Source: an uncultured Clostridia bacterium
GTDB lineage: Bacteria; Bacillota; Clostridia; Oscillospirales; QAMX01
Reading direction: 5' to 3'
Assembly: GCA_944376195.1 (NCBI GenBank)
Contig: CALWBW010000002.1
Location: 10,683 to 74,682 of the forward strand
Length of the DNA: 64,000 bases
The translations under genes were made by a program, and so were the position numbers. Positions 38,831 through 49,538 of the stretch are shown here, one piece after another. The notes below the pieces were generated by a model, which saw only the letters and a list, made by a program, of their open reading frames with translations, searched no databases and was not told the origin of the DNA. The first letter of the stretch is position 1; every line of letters begins with the position of its first letter.

Positions 38831-40120
38831 TTACTCAAGGAAACCCTTATAATGACGCATGAGCAACTGCGCCTCAAGCTGCTGGACAGTCTCAAGCGCG
38901 ACGCCGACTGCGATCATCAGCGAGGTTCCGCCGATGGAAATTGCCACAATTCCACTTGCCGCACTGAAAATCAGCGGGAAGCCGGCGACAATTGCCAGGA
39001 ACACTGCACCGATAAAGGTAATCTTGTTGAGTATCTTCATTAAGAAATCGGACGTGGGCTTGCCGGGACGGTAGCCCATCACGAAACCGCCGTTTTTCTT
39101 CAGGTTATTGGAAACCTCAACCGGGTTAAACTGGATGACCGAATAGAAATAGGCGAATCCGAAAATCATCAAAAGATACAGGATGATATAGAAAGGATGC
39201 GTCTGTGTCAGCCATCTCTGTACGCCATACCAGAAGGAACCCTCAGACGGGCCCACGAAGCTGATAATCGTACCCGGCAGCGCCAGGAACGTGGAGGCAA
39301 AGATAACCGGCAGTACACCGGACATATTCACCTTCATCGGCAGGTTCGTGGACTGACCGCCATACATCTTGCGGCCAACCATACGCTTTGCGTACTGCAC
39401 CGGAATGCGGCGCTCCGCGTTGGTCACGACGACGATAAATACGATCATGGCAAGCAGGAGTACAATCACAGCCACCATCAAAAGTATATACCAACCGCCC
39501 TGTGCGAAATAGGAGAAAATTGTCATGCCAATCTGCGGGAAACGTGCGACAATACCGACAAACAACAAAATGGAGATTCCGTTTCCAATGCCCTTGTCTG
39601 TAATCTGTTCGCCAAGCCACATGATAATGGCGGAACCGGCTGTAAAGCTTACAATAATGACGATTGCGCTCCAAACACTGGGATTTAAAAGCAAATCATT
39701 ATTCTTCAAAAGAATATAATAGGTGAAGCTCTGAATCAGGCCGATCGCAACTGTCGTATACCGGGTAATCGAAGCAATTTTCTTTTTGCCCTCTTCGCCG
39801 CCCTCTTTGGAAAGGCGTTCAAGTGCCGGAATAGCAATTGTCAAAAGCTGAATGATAATGCTTGCGTTAATATACGGTGTAATGGAAAGTGCAAACAACG
39901 TGGCATAGCTCAGGGCGCCGCCGGAGAGGATGTTATAATACCCCAGCAGGTTTCCCGACTCCAGGTACGTATCGAACAGCACGCGCAGTCCATCCGTGTC
40001 AATTCCCGGAATCAGTATCGCAACGGAACCAAAGCGGTAAATGACAACCACCATAATCGTGAAAAGCAGTTTTTTACGGATTTCCGGGTTACGCCATGCG
40101 TTCACAAACGTATTCCACAT
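38831..40120 (-). CDS. secY: Preprotein translocase subunit SecY
   Basis: The 429-aa polytopic protein sits at the canonical position between rplO and adk. Confidence 0.95.
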   Translation of the reverse strand: MWNTFVNAWRNPEIRKKLLFTIMVVVIYRFGSVAILIPGIDTDGLRVLFDTYLESGNLLGYYNILSGGALSYATLFALSITPYINASIIIQLLTIAIPALERLSKEGGEEGKKKIASITRYTTVAIGLIQSFTYYILLKNNDLLLNPSVWSAIVIIVSFTAGSAIIMWLGEQITDKGIGNGISILLFVGIVARFPQIGMTIFSYFAQGGWYILLMVAVIVLLLAMIVFIVVVTNAERRIPVQYAKRMVGRKMYGGQSTNLPMKVNMSGVLPVIFASTFLALPGTIISFVGPSEGSFWYGVQRWLTQTHPFYIILYLLMIFGFAYFYSVIQFNPVEVSNNLKKNGGFVMGYRPGKPTSDFLMKILNKITFIGAVFLAIVAGFPLIFSAASGIVAISIGGTSLMIAVGVALETVQQLEAQLLMRHYKGFLE

Positions 40121-40121
40121 G

Positions 40122-40562
40122 TTACACCACCTCTGCCTTTCCTCCGGCAGCTTCGATCTTTTCCTTTGCGCCGGCCGAGAAAGCAGCGGCCTTCACGGTA
40201 AGTTTTTTGTCGATCGTGCCGGTGCCGAGGATCTTCACGCCATCCAGCTCTTTCTTAATGATGCCGGCAGCGAAAAGCGCCTGCGTGTCAACAGTAGCGC
40301 CATTTTCAAAGCAGGAGAGAGACGCCACATTGACCTCTGCATAGTGGGTTTTAAAATAATTCTTAAATCCGCGTTTCGGAAGCTTTCTGATATACGGAAC
40401 CGAAGTACCGTCAAAGCCGGGGCGTACGCCGCCGCCCGAACGCGCGTTCTGACCCTTGTGTCCGCGGCCTGCGGTCTTTCCGTTGCCGGAACCAATGCCG
40501 CGACCCTTACGCTTCGGCGCCGAAACAGAACCGGGCGCGGGGGACAGTTCATATAATTTCAT
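40122..40562 (-). CDS. rplO: 50S ribosomal protein L15
   Basis: [33 protein letters not shown]. Confidence 0.95.
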   Translation of the reverse strand: MKLYELSPAPGSVSAPKRKGRGIGSGNGKTAGRGHKGQNARSGGGVRPGFDGTSVPYIRKLPKRGFKNYFKTHYAEVNVASLSCFENGATVDTQALFAAGIIKKELDGVKILGTGTIDKKLTVKAAAFSAGAKEKIEAAGGKAEVV

Positions 40563-40623
40563 AACGTTCATTCCTTTCGCTCCGCCAAGTACGGCAAGCA
40601 GCCGCTTGCGTATCGGGGTTAAA

Positions 40624-40803
40624 TTACGCCTCTTCGACTTTAATCAGGTAGGAAATCTGATCTACCTTGCCGCGCGTCTGCGCGTTGTCGGGCTGTACGG
40701 TTGCGTCGCCGATCTTGCGAAGACCAAGGGAATTCGCCGTGGCGATATGGGTCTTATTTCTGCCGTTTAAGCTCTTAACTAACGTTATTTTCATGTTTGC
40801 CAT
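40624..40803 (-). CDS. rpmD: 50S ribosomal protein L30
   Basis: [32 protein letters not shown] is present. The exact ATG is uncertain among three closely spaced candidates. Confidence 0.9.
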   Translation of the reverse strand: MANMKITLVKSLNGRNKTHIATANSLGLRKIGDATVQPDNAQTRGKVDQISYLIKVEEA

Positions 40804-40814
40804 CATGCCCCTCC

Positions 40815-41321
40815 TCAAGCCTTCGCGATATCAGCGGCATTTTTACCGCGGATCGCTGCGACCTGCTCCGCATTGCGCAGAGACTCAAGGCCCTGCATCG
40901 TCGCGGAAACGACATTCTGCGGGTTATTGGAACGCAGGCACTTGGTACGGATATTCTTAATACCGACAGCTTCCATCACGGCACGGACAGGACCGCCGGC
41001 GATAACGCCGGTACCTTCCGCAGCCGGCTTCAAAAGGACGCGGCCGGCGCCGAACTCACCGATCACCTCATGCGGAATGGTGTTACCCTTCAGGGAAATC
41101 CGCTTCAGGTTCTTTTTGGCATCTTCCATGCCCTTACGGATTGCATCCGGAACTTCGGAAGCCTTGCCAAGACCAAAGCCAACGATACCGTTGCCGTCGC
41201 CCACGACGACAAGCGCAGTAAACTTAAAGATACGGCCGCCCTTTACGGTTTTCGAAACACGGTTGAGGGCTACAACCTTCTCGGTCAGGTCAAGGGTCGA
41301 AGCATCAATTCGTTTTGCCAT
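40815..41321 (-). CDS. rpsE: 30S ribosomal protein S5
   Basis: ..[30 protein letters not shown].. Confidence 0.95.
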   Translation of the reverse strand: MAKRIDASTLDLTEKVVALNRVSKTVKGGRIFKFTALVVVGDGNGIVGFGLGKASEVPDAIRKGMEDAKKNLKRISLKGNTIPHEVIGEFGAGRVLLKPAAEGTGVIAGGPVRAVMEAVGIKNIRTKCLRSNNPQNVVSATMQGLESLRNAEQVAAIRGKNAADIAKA

Positions 41322-41339
41322 GTCACTATCCCCCTTACC

Positions 41340-41699
41340 TTAAAACGCGAGGCCGCCCTCACGGGCGCCGTCTGCAAGATTCTGGACTCTGCCATGATAC
41401 ACATAACCGCCGCGGTCAAAAACGACATTCGTAATGCCTTTTGCCTTCGCGCGCTCTGCGATGGTCTGGCCGACCTTTTTCGCCGCTTCGCAGTTGCCGC
41501 CATACATGCCGAAATCCTTCTCAGCCGTCGATGCGCTGCAAAGCGTCACACCGTTGACATCGTCGATCACCTGGGCATAAATGTTGGAAAGACTGCGATA
41601 TACGCACAGACGGGGTCTTTCGGGCGTACCCGAGATGGCCGCACGCACTCTGCGATGACGCTTCAGGCGCTGTTTATTGGAATCTTTTCTGCTAACCAT
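41340..41699 (-). CDS. rplR: 50S ribosomal protein L18
   Basis: ..[35 protein letters not shown].. Confidence 0.95.
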   Translation of the reverse strand: MVSRKDSNKQRLKRHRRVRAAISGTPERPRLCVYRSLSNIYAQVIDDVNGVTLCSASTAEKDFGMYGGNCEAAKKVGQTIAERAKAKGITNVVFDRGGYVYHGRVQNLADGAREGGLAF

Positions 41700-41713
41700 C
41701 AGTGTACACTCCC

Positions 41714-42259
41714 TTACTTCTTCTTGCCGCCGGCCTTGCCTTCCTTGCGGATCAAGGTCTCATTGACATACTTGATGCCTTTGCCCTTATAGGGTTCCGG
41801 CGGTCTCTTTTCGCGGACATTCGCCGCAAACTGACCGACAAGCTGCTTATCCGGGCCGCTGATTATAATACGGTTCGGGGCCGGAACGTCAATCGTAATC
41901 CCAGGAATTTCATCCATCGTCACCTGATGGGAATAACCCAGGTTCATCACAAGCTGCTTACCCTGCTTCGCCGCACGGTAACCGACGCCGTTCACTTCCA
42001 GCTCCTTGGAGAAACCGTCGTGTACGCCATGCACCATGTTGGCAATTAGAGCACGCGTCAGGCCATGAAGGGATCTGGTCTCCTGATCGTCGTCAGGACG
42101 GGTCACATGCAGGACATTTCCCTCCTGCTCAACAGAAATCACCGGATGAATGGTGGATTTCAGTTCGCCTTTCGGTCCCTTGACCGTGATATTCTTACCC
42201 TCAAGGGTTACCTGCACACCGGCCGGTACCTCGATGGGCATTCTTCCGATTCTCGACAT
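41714..42259 (-). CDS. rplF: 50S ribosomal protein L6
   Basis: [30 protein letters not shown]. Confidence 0.95.
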   Translation of the reverse strand: MSRIGRMPIEVPAGVQVTLEGKNITVKGPKGELKSTIHPVISVEQEGNVLHVTRPDDDQETRSLHGLTRALIANMVHGVHDGFSKELEVNGVGYRAAKQGKQLVMNLGYSHQVTMDEIPGITIDVPAPNRIIISGPDKQLVGQFAANVREKRPPEPYKGKGIKYVNETLIRKEGKAGGKKK

Positions 42260-42270
42260 ATTGCTCCTCC

Positions 42271-42669
42271 TTACCAGACAAACGCAAGGACTTCGCCGCC
42301 GACATGGGCTGCACGAGCCTGCTTATCTGTCATCACACCGCGGGAGGTGGAAATCACAGCAACGCCGAGGCCGCGCAGGACCTGCGGGAGCTCATCTGCC
42401 GGCGCATAGACACGAAGGCCGGGTTTCGAAACTCTGCGAATGCCGGTGATTGCCTTTTCGCCAGTCGCGGTATACTTCAGGGTGATCTTAATCATTCCCT
42501 GTCCGCCATCCTCTACAATCTGAAAGCTCTTAATATAACCTTCCTCAAGGAGGATCTCGGCGATTGCCTTTTTCATCTTAGAGGCCGGTACGTCAACCGA
42601 ATCATGTCTCGCAGCGCTGGCGTTGCGCAGGCGAGTCAGCATGTCGGCAATAGGATCTGTAATATGCAT
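42271..42669 (-). CDS. rpsH: 30S ribosomal protein S8
   Basis: [17 protein letters not shown]. Confidence 0.95.
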   Translation of the reverse strand: MHITDPIADMLTRLRNASAARHDSVDVPASKMKKAIAEILLEEGYIKSFQIVEDGGQGMIKITLKYTATGEKAITGIRRVSKPGLRVYAPADELPQVLRGLGVAVISTSRGVMTDKQARAAHVGGEVLAFVW

Positions 42670-42681
42670 GTCTTATCCTCC

Positions 42682-42867
42682 TTACCAGCTTGCTTTTTTC
42701 ACGCCGGGAATCTGTCCCTTGTAAGCAAGCTCACGGAAGCAGATGCGGCAGATGCCATAATCGCGAAGGTAGGCGTGCGGCCGGCCGCAAAGCTTGCAGC
42801 GATTATAGCCGCGGGTGGAGAACTTCGGCGTTCTCTGCTGCTTTAAGATCATTGATTTCTTAGCCAC
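42682..42867 (-). CDS. rpsN: 30S ribosomal protein S14, type Z (zinc-binding, 61 aa)
   Basis: [48 protein letters not shown]. Confidence 0.95.
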   Translation of the reverse strand: MAKKSMILKQQRTPKFSTRGYNRCKLCGRPHAYLRDYGICRICFRELAYKGQIPGVKKASW

Positions 42868-42882
42868 GGTTCTCTGCCTCCC

Positions 42883-43428
42883 TTACTCTTCTCTTGCGAA
42901 GGGTGCGCCAAGCAGCTCAAGAAGTGCTCTTGCCTCTTCGTCAGTGTTAGCGGTGGTTACCATAATGATGTCCATGCCGCGGATTTTGTCAATCTTGTCA
43001 TACTCGATTTCCGGGAAGATCAGCTGTTCCTTCAGGCCCAGGGCATAGTTACCGCGGCCGTCAAAGGCGTTGGGGTTGATTCCACGGAAGTCACGGACAC
43101 GCGGGAGCGCAACGTTGAAAAGACGATCCAAAAACTCCCACATACGATCGGCGCGCAGGGTAACCTTCACGCCTACCGGCATACCTTCACGCAGTTTGAA
43201 GTTTGCAACAGACTTGCGTGCATGCGTGACAACCGGCTTCTGTCCGGTAATCAGAGAAATATCGTTTACAACCGCGTCAATCACCTTCGCGTTGTCGCGC
43301 GCATCTCCGCAGCCGACATTTACCACGATTTTTTCAAGACGCGGAATCTGCATCGGGCTCTTATACTCAAATTTCTTCATCAGGGCCGGGGCGACCTCGG
43401 CCGTGTATTTATCTTTCAAACGTGCCAT
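42883..43428 (-). CDS. rplE: 50S ribosomal protein L5
   Basis: [39 protein letters not shown]. Confidence 0.95.
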   Translation of the reverse strand: MARLKDKYTAEVAPALMKKFEYKSPMQIPRLEKIVVNVGCGDARDNAKVIDAVVNDISLITGQKPVVTHARKSVANFKLREGMPVGVKVTLRADRMWEFLDRLFNVALPRVRDFRGINPNAFDGRGNYALGLKEQLIFPEIEYDKIDKIRGMDIIMVTTANTDEEARALLELLGAPFAREE

Positions 43429-43441
43429 TTATCGTCCCTCC

Positions 43442-43756
43442 TTACAGTTCGCCGCCGCAATGCTTGCAGACACGGGTCTTCTTCCCGTCGGCGACGTCCA
43501 TCTTAATGCGTGTGGGCTTATGGCACTTCGGGCAGATCACCATCACCTTGCAGGCCGCCAACGGCAGTTCCTGCTTCACAATACCGCCCTGCTGCTGTGC
43601 GTTGCGGGGCTTCACATGACGGGTGGCAATATTGATGCCCTCGATCACAACCTTGCCGGCTGCCGGAACGGTATGCAGCACTTTTCCGCTGCGGCCGCGA
43701 TCCTTACCGGAAATCACCTGTACGGTGTCGCCTTTCTTGATTTTCAAAGCGTTCAT
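43442..43756 (-). CDS. rplX: 50S ribosomal protein L24 (with a CxxC..CxxC motif)
   Basis: The KOW motif is IKKGDTVQVISGKDRGRSGKV. The C-terminal part reads ICPKCHKPTRIKMDVADGKKTRVCKHCGGEL. Confidence 0.95.
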   Translation of the reverse strand: MNALKIKKGDTVQVISGKDRGRSGKVLHTVPAAGKVVIEGINIATRHVKPRNAQQQGGIVKQELPLAACKVMVICPKCHKPTRIKMDVADGKKTRVCKHCGGEL

Positions 43757-43772
43757 TCTTTCTGTCCCCTCC

Positions 43773-44141
43773 TTACAGTACTTCGGGGGCGAGAGACAGG
43801 ATCTTCATGTAGTCCTTGTCGCGAAGCTCACGCGCAACCGGTCCAAAGATACGGGTGCCTCTCGGGTTCTTATCATCACGGATAATTACGGCTGCATTAT
43901 CGTCAAACTTGACATAACTGCCATCGGCGCGGCGCACACCCTGCGCGGAACGAACGATGACCGCCTTCACGACGTCGCCCTTTTTCACAACACCGCCGGG
44001 GGCTGCTTTTCTCACGGAGGCTACGATCACGTCGCCGATATTGCCGTATTTTCTGACCGAACCGCCGAGCACTCGGATACATTTCAGTTCCTTTGCTCCG
44101 GTGTTGTCGGCCACTTTCAATTTCGATTCCTGCTGAACCAT
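43773..44141 (-). CDS. rplN: 50S ribosomal protein L14
   Basis: [28 protein letters not shown]. Confidence 0.95.
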   Translation of the reverse strand: MVQQESKLKVADNTGAKELKCIRVLGGSVRKYGNIGDVIVASVRKAAPGGVVKKGDVVKAVIVRSAQGVRRADGSYVKFDDNAAVIIRDDKNPRGTRIFGPVARELRDKDYMKILSLAPEVL

Positions 44142-44156
44142 AAAGCCTGCCTCCTC

Positions 44157-44414
44157 TTATCGTGCCTTCTCGATTATCTCGACCAGGCGCCATCTCTTAT
44201 CCTTGGAAAGGGGGCGGGTCTCCATAACCAAAACCTTATCGCCCACGCCGCACTCGTTGTTCTCGTCATGCGCTTTGAGCTTATAGGTGTTCTTTATGAT
44301 CTTCTTATAAAGCGGATGCGCAATCCTGTCCTCGACCGCGACCACGATGGTCTTATCCATCTTATCCGAAATCACGCGGCCAACTCTTGTCTTGCGGAAA
44401 GCTCTGTCACTCAT
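44157..44414 (-). CDS. rpsQ: 30S ribosomal protein S17
   Basis: ..[32 protein letters not shown].. Confidence 0.95.
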   Translation of the reverse strand: MSDRAFRKTRVGRVISDKMDKTIVVAVEDRIAHPLYKKIIKNTYKLKAHDENNECGVGDKVLVMETRPLSKDKRWRLVEIIEKAR

Positions 44415-44429
44415 AATTCAGTACCCTCC

Positions 44430-44621
44430 TTAACCGGCCGTTTTCTCGGTGATGACAGTTTTTACTCTTGCGATATCGCGACGGACTTCCGTGATCTTCT
44501 TCGGGTTTTCAAGCTGGTTGGTCGCGTTCTGGAAGCGAAGATTGAAAAGGTCCTTTTTCAGGTCGTTCAACTTCACATTCAATTCCTCAACGCTCATTTC
44601 GCGAATCTCATTAGCCTTCAT
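44430..44621 (-). CDS. rpmC: 50S ribosomal protein L29
   Basis: [31 protein letters not shown] is present. The ATG at 44621 overlaps the rplP 3' end by 11 nt. Confidence 0.9.
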   Translation of the reverse strand: MKANEIREMSVEELNVKLNDLKKDLFNLRFQNATNQLENPKKITEVRRDIARVKTVITEKTAG

Positions 44622-45066
44622 TCTCTTCACCGCCGTCCTCAACGTCGCACTCCGCGACATCCTCGCGCTTGACAAACTTCGTCTTGATCGGCAGCTTGTA
44701 GCCGGCAAGACGCATAGCTTCACGCGCGGTCTCTTCGGGAACGCCCGCGATCTCAAATAAGACTCTGCCGGGCTTAACCACTGCCACCCAGTACTCAGGC
44801 GAGCCCTTACCGGAACCCATGCGGGTTTCAGCAGGCTTCTTCGTAACAGGCTTATCAGGGAATATTTTAATCCAGACCTGGCCGCCACGGCGGATATAAC
44901 GCGTCATGGCAATACGGGCCGCTTCAATCTGGTTCGAGGTGATCCATGCGGGCTCAAGAGCCTGGATCCCGTACTCACCGTAGGTGACCTTTGTGCCCTT
45001 GTGGGCAGTGCCCTTTAAACGGCCGCGGTGCACTCTGCGGTATTTCACTCTCTTAGGCAGAAGCAT
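44611..45066 (-). CDS. rplP: 50S ribosomal protein L16 (short acidic C-terminal tail)
   Basis: [19 protein letters not shown] is present. The C-terminus is ..[17 protein letters not shown]. Confidence 0.95.
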   Translation of the reverse strand: MLLPKRVKYRRVHRGRLKGTAHKGTKVTYGEYGIQALEPAWITSNQIEAARIAMTRYIRRGGQVWIKIFPDKPVTKKPAETRMGSGKGSPEYWVAVVKPGRVLFEIAGVPEETAREAMRLAGYKLPIKTKFVKREDVAECDVEDGGEENEG

Positions 45067-45992
45067 TAGTTGTTGCCTCCTTCCGGTTTAGCTGGTGCGC
45101 TTGCGGCGCTGGGTGCTGCCGCAGGACGCGGGCCGCGGTTATAACCGCCTTGCGGACGGTTGCCGCCTTCGCGCGGGCCGCGGTTATAGCCGCCCTGCGG
45201 ACGGTTGCCGCCCTCACGCGGGCCACGGTTAAAGCCGCCCTGGCCGCCTTCACGCGGGCCGCGGTTGAAACCGCCTCTGCGGTCGCCGTCACGGCGATCA
45301 CGACGGTCGCGGCGATCGCGACGATCCTGGCGCGGAGGCTCGACAGTCGACTGTCTCGGGCCGCCGGTCAAAACTTCGCCACGGTAAATCCACACTTTTA
45401 CGCCAATGCGGCCGTAAGTGGTCTTTGCCTCAGCAAAGCCATAATCAATATCCGCACGCAGGGTCTGCAGCGGAATGGTGCCTTCATGATAATGCTCGAC
45501 ACGCGCAATTTCCGCGCCGCCCAGACGGCCGGAAACCGCGGTCTTAATGCCACGTGCGCCGGCGCGGGTTGCGCGGCCCATGGACTGCTTCATGGCGCGG
45601 CGGAAGCTGACACGCTTCTCAAGCTGGGAAGCAATGCTCTCTGCAACGAGCTGCGCGTTCAAATCCGGGTTGCGGATTTCCACAATATTGACCGCAACAC
45701 GCTTGCCGACCATTTCCTCAAGGGTCAGACGGAGCTTCTCAATGTCGGCGCCGCCACGACCGATGACGATACCCGGACGCGCACAGTGAATGAAAATGCG
45801 CACACGGTTCGGGTTTCTTTCAATTTCAATCTTCGGGATGCCCGCCTCATAGAGGGAATCCTTGATAAATTTACGGATCTTGAAGTCTTCTACGAGAAGG
45901 TCGCCGACCTTTTCGTTCTTAGCGTACCATCTGGAATCCCAGTTCTGGATTACGCCGACGCGAAGACCATGAGGATTAACTTTCTGCCCCAT
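45066..45992 (-). CDS. rpsC: 30S ribosomal protein S3 with a roughly 89-aa low-complexity C-terminal extension
   Basis: [24 protein letters not shown] and the KH domain are present. The tail reads [40 protein letters not shown].. The protein is 308 aa, against about 220 aa usually. Confidence 0.95.
   Translation of the reverse strand: MGQKVNPHGLRVGVIQNWDSRWYAKNEKVGDLLVEDFKIRKFIKDSLYEAGIPKIEIERNPNRVRIFIHCARPGIVIGRGGADIEKLRLTLEEMVGKRVAVNIVEIRNPDLNAQLVAESIASQLEKRVSFRRAMKQSMGRATRAGARGIKTAVSGRLGGAEIARVEHYHEGTIPLQTLRADIDYGFAEAKTTYGRIGVKVWIYRGEVLTGGPRQSTVEPPRQDRRDRRDRRDRRDGDRRGGFNRGPREGGQGGFNRGPREGGNRPQGGYNRGPREGGNRPQGGYNRGPRPAAAPSAASAPAKPEGGNN
45126..45326 (-). repeat. In-frame tandem repeats inside the rpsC 3' region
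   Basis: The DNA units cgcgggccgcggtt(a/g)(t/a)a(a/g)ccgcc.. recur four times, and (gatcgcgac/gg)n encodes (RD)n. The translated repeats are GG(F/Y)NRGPREGG(NRPQ). Confidence 0.8.
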
Positions 45993-46007
45993 TGTACGAC
46001 CTCCTGC

Positions 46008-46343
46008 TTATTCTCTCTCTTTGAGAGCCAAAGTGATGTGCGAAGAACGTTTCAAAAGACGGTCCGCGCTGCCGCGCGCTCTGGCCTGGATGCGCTTCAT
46101 CGTCGGGCCGGGGCTTACGAACACTTCGGAGACGTACAGACGGTCAACGTCCATTTCAAAATTGTTCTCCGCGTTTGCAATGGCGCTCTTGAGGAGCTTG
46201 ATGAGCGGCTCGGAGGCCGCCTTGCGGGTATTCATCAAAATCGCAGCCGCCTCGGAAACATCCTTTCCGCGGATCAGATCGCAAACGATCTTCACCTTTC
46301 TCGGCGTGATGCGGATATGCTTCACATATGCTCTTGCTTCCAT
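46008..46343 (-). CDS. rplV: 50S ribosomal protein L22
   Basis: [27 protein letters not shown] is present. A GGGAGGAA RBS precedes the start. Confidence 0.95.
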   Translation of the reverse strand: MEARAYVKHIRITPRKVKIVCDLIRGKDVSEAAAILMNTRKAASEPLIKLLKSAIANAENNFEMDVDRLYVSEVFVSPGPTMKRIQARARGSADRLLKRSSHITLALKERE

Positions 46344-46356
46344 GTCATTTCCTCCC

Positions 46357-46632
46357 TTACTTGCCGGAGGTCTTGCTGCCCGCATGACCTCTGAAGGTAC
46401 GAGTGGGAGCAAACTCACCAAGCTTATGACCAACCATATCCTCGGTGATGTAAACCGGGACATGCTTGCGTCCGTCATGGACGGCAATCGTGTGGCCAAC
46501 GAACTCCGGGAAAATCGTGGAGGCGCGGGACCAGGTCTTTACGACATGCTTTTCATTGCCCGCGTTCATTTCAGCGATTCTCTTATAGAGCTCAGGTGCC
46601 ACAAACGGTCCCTTTTTAATACTTCTGCTCAT
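46357..46632 (-). CDS. rpsS: 30S ribosomal protein S19
   Basis: [32 protein letters not shown]. Confidence 0.95.
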   Translation of the reverse strand: MSRSIKKGPFVAPELYKRIAEMNAGNEKHVVKTWSRASTIFPEFVGHTIAVHDGRKHVPVYITEDMVGHKLGEFAPTRTFRGHAGSKTSGK

Positions 46633-46646
46633 TTAAGTTACCTCCC

Positions 46647-47477
46647 TTACTTACCGCGGCGTTTCACAATGAACTTATCGGTACGGTTCTTCTTGGAACG
46701 GGTCTTGTATCCAAGAGTCGGCTTGCCCCACGGGGTAACCGGGCCGGGACGGCCAACCGGGCTCTTGCCTTCACCACCGCCGTGCGGGTGGTCAACCGGG
46801 TTCATAACGGAACCACGGACGGTCGGACGGACGCCCATGTGACGCTTACGGCCGGCCTTACCGATCTGGACATTCTCATGATCGAGGTTGCCGATCTGGC
46901 CCACCGTCGCTTTGCAGTCAAGCCGGACCAGGCGAACCTCACCGGAGGGAAGGCGAACCTGTGCGTAACCGTTTTCCTTTGCCATAAGCTGTGCTGCGGC
47001 TCCGGCGGCACGGACAAGCTGTGCGCCACGGCCGGGATAAAGCTCCACATTGTGGATCACAGTACCAACCGGGATGTTCTGAAGCGGCAGTGTGTTGCCG
47101 GGTTTGATGTCGGCGGCCGCGCCGGACATCACAGTGTCGCCGCGCTGCAGCCCGACGGGGGCGAGGATGTAACGGCGTTCGCCGTCTTCATACTCAAGAC
47201 GCGCAATGTATGCGGAACGGTTCGGGTCATACTCAATGAAGAGGACCTTTGCCGGCATATCCAGCTTATCGCGTCTGAAATCAATAATTCTATACTTCTG
47301 TCTGTTTCCGCCGCCCTGATGACGTACGGTAATTCTGCCATAATTGTTACGGCCGGCATTCTTCTTGTTCGTATCAAGAAGGCTCTTTTCCGGCCTCACC
47401 TTGTCAAGCCCGGAAAAATCAGCGACCGTCATGTGACGTCTCGACGGTGTCGTGGGCTTAAAGGTCTTTGTCGGCAT
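46647..47477 (-). CDS. rplB: 50S ribosomal protein L2
   Basis: ..[29 protein letters not shown].. Confidence 0.95.
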   Translation of the reverse strand: MPTKTFKPTTPSRRHMTVADFSGLDKVRPEKSLLDTNKKNAGRNNYGRITVRHQGGGNRQKYRIIDFRRDKLDMPAKVLFIEYDPNRSAYIARLEYEDGERRYILAPVGLQRGDTVMSGAAADIKPGNTLPLQNIPVGTVIHNVELYPGRGAQLVRAAGAAAQLMAKENGYAQVRLPSGEVRLVRLDCKATVGQIGNLDHENVQIGKAGRKRHMGVRPTVRGSVMNPVDHPHGGGEGKSPVGRPGPVTPWGKPTLGYKTRSKKNRTDKFIVKRRGK

Positions 47478-47524
47478 GTATTCTCACTCCCTGTTTTTTA
47501 ATGAGGTCCGGTACATCCGGAAAA

Positions 47525-47818
47525 TCAGGTAAGGGACTCAAAGAACTCGATGCCCTTGGAGCCTTCCTTCAATGTCACGATAGCCTTTTTCCAGGCGCTC
47601 GTATGGCCCTTGGTATAGCCGCGGCGGCGGGTCTTGCCGTCATAATTCATCGTGTGGACGCTCTCCACGTCTACGCCGAAAATTTCTTCCACAGCCTTTT
47701 TGATCTCAATCTTGTTGGCCTCGCGGGCGACCTCAAAGGTGTACTTGTGCTCACTTGCACCTTCCACGCTGCGCTCGGTCACGACGGGGCGGCGGATGAC
47801 ATCATAAACAGATTTCAT
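47525..47818 (-). CDS. rplW: 50S ribosomal protein L23
   Basis: ..DVIRRPVVTERS..KYTFEVAREANKIEIKKAVEEIFGV.. Confidence 0.95.
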   Translation of the reverse strand: MKSVYDVIRRPVVTERSVEGASEHKYTFEVAREANKIEIKKAVEEIFGVDVESVHTMNYDGKTRRRGYTKGHTSAWKKAIVTLKEGSKGIEFFESLT

Positions 47819-48444
47819 TTTCCGAACACCTCCTGGCTTTTCTCGACACCGCTGCGCTCCACGATGAACTTGTCCGCGTTCATAATGTCATACACGTTGA
47901 TCACGTTCGCCGGGCTCGTCACGACGCCGGGGATATTGCGGGCGGAAAGCACCACATTGCGGCGTACTTCGGGAGTAACGATCAGGCTCTTGCCTTCGCC
48001 GGCGCCCACTGCTTTGAGCATCCCGGCAATGTTCTTCGTCTTGATCTCCTGGCAGTCGAGATTATCAACTACAATGATCTCGCCGGCTGCGCACTTTGCG
48101 CTGAGCGCAGAGAGCATGGCCAGACGCTTATATTTTTTATTCAAACGATAGGAATACGTCCTGGGCTTCGGTGCAAACGCTACGCCGCCGTGCGTCCACT
48201 GCGGGGAACGCGTGGAGCCCTGACGTGCGCGTCCGGTGCCCTTCTGGCGCCACGGCTTACGGCCGCCGCCGGAAACCTCCGCACGGGTCAGAGCGCTCTG
48301 CGTGCCCTGGCGGCGGTTGGCAAGCTGGTTTTTCACTGCTTCATGGATCGCAACCATATCCGGCTCAATACCGAAAATGGCGTCGGAAAGTTCGATTTCG
48401 CCGACCTGCTTTCCTGTCATATCATAAACATTAGCCTTAGGCAT
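47815..48444 (-). CDS. rplD: 50S ribosomal protein L4
   Basis: ..RQGTQSALTRAEVSGGGRKPWRQKGTGRARQGS.. Confidence 0.95.
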   Translation of the reverse strand: MPKANVYDMTGKQVGEIELSDAIFGIEPDMVAIHEAVKNQLANRRQGTQSALTRAEVSGGGRKPWRQKGTGRARQGSTRSPQWTHGGVAFAPKPRTYSYRLNKKYKRLAMLSALSAKCAAGEIIVVDNLDCQEIKTKNIAGMLKAVGAGEGKSLIVTPEVRRNVVLSARNIPGVVTSPANVINVYDIMNADKFIVERSGVEKSQEVFGK

Positions 48445-48463
48445 GGTTCAAACTCTCCTTTCT

Positions 48464-49162
48464 TTACTTTCTCGCAGAAGCCTTCTGCGGGTTAACAGTC
48501 GTCTGCACCTGGACGTTCTTAACGCGGTGCGTCTTCACTGTGCTCTTTACATAAACAATCCCACCGCGCGGACCCGGGATTGCGCCGCGTACCGCGATGA
48601 TATTGAGTTCCGGATCCACTTTGACGATGTCGAGGTTCTGAATCGTCACCTGCTCAACGCCGAGATGACCAGGCATTTTCTTACCGGGCATCACGCGGGC
48701 CGGATCGGAGTTTGCACCCATGGAACCAACGCTGCGGTGGACAGGGCCAACGCCGTGGGTGTGGTTCTGGACATGCTGTCCCCAGCGCTTGACAACGCCG
48801 GCGTAACCTTTACCTTTGGAAATACCCGTGACGTCCACGAAATCGCCTTCCGCAAAGACGTCAGCAGTCAACACATCGCCAACATTCAGTTCAGCGAGTT
48901 CGCCTTCAAACTTGAACTCTTTCAAGACCTTCTTAAGGTCTTCGCCGGCTTTTTTGAGGTGGCCGACTTCCGGCTTCGTAAGCTTGCGCTCCGCTACATC
49001 CTGGAAGCCCAGCTGGATGGCGTCATAGCCGTCTTTTTCCGCTACTTTCTTTTGCGTGACCGTACAGGGACCGGCCTCAATGACCGTTACCGGGATCACC
49101 TTGCCCTCTTCGGTGAAAATCTGGGTCATACCCACTTTTCTGCCGATGATTGCCTTTTTCAT
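48464..49162 (-). CDS. rplC: 50S ribosomal protein L3
   Basis: MKKAIIGRKVGMTQIFTEEGKVIPVTVIEAGPC. Confidence 0.95.
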   Translation of the reverse strand: MKKAIIGRKVGMTQIFTEEGKVIPVTVIEAGPCTVTQKKVAEKDGYDAIQLGFQDVAERKLTKPEVGHLKKAGEDLKKVLKEFKFEGELAELNVGDVLTADVFAEGDFVDVTGISKGKGYAGVVKRWGQHVQNHTHGVGPVHRSVGSMGANSDPARVMPGKKMPGHLGVEQVTIQNLDIVKVDPELNIIAVRGAIPGPRGGIVYVKSTVKTHRVKNVQVQTTVNPQKASARK

Positions 49163-49232
49163 TTGTTTTCCTCCTTATCGGTTATTGGTCGGCTTTGCCG
49201 ACTTGACCGGAACGGAACCGGGTTCCGTTCGC

Positions 49233-49538
49233 TTACACAACTTTTATCTCAATATCAACGCCGGCCGGCAGGTCGAGGCTCATCAGAGCTTCCACCGTCT
49301 TCTGCGCGGGATTGACAATATCGATCAGGCGCTTATGGGTACGTCTTTCAAACTGCTCACGGCTATCCTTATATTTGTGGACAGCACGCAGGATCGTAAC
49401 AACTTCCTTCTTTGTCGGAAGCGGAATCGGGCCGGACACATCGGAACCGGTGCGCTTTGCAGCTTCAACAATTCTGGCTGCGCTCTGGTCTATGAGCTGA
49501 TGGTCATAGGCCTTCAAACGGACTCTGATCTTCTCCAT
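49233..49538 (-). CDS. rpsJ: 30S ribosomal protein S10
   Basis: [31 protein letters not shown] is present. An AAGGAGGAAA RBS precedes the start. Confidence 0.95.
   Translation of the reverse strand: MEKIRVRLKAYDHQLIDQSAARIVEAAKRTGSDVSGPIPLPTKKEVVTILRAVHKYKDSREQFERRTHKRLIDIVNPAQKTVEALMSLDLPAGVDIEIKVV

Noticed and set aside
43623-46394. Long plus-strand ORFs (43623-44672, 349 aa; 45150-46394, 414 aa) lie inside the ribosomal protein operon.
   Set aside because: They are antisense to universally conserved r-protein genes (L24, L14, S17, L29, L16, S3, L22). They are shadow ORFs.
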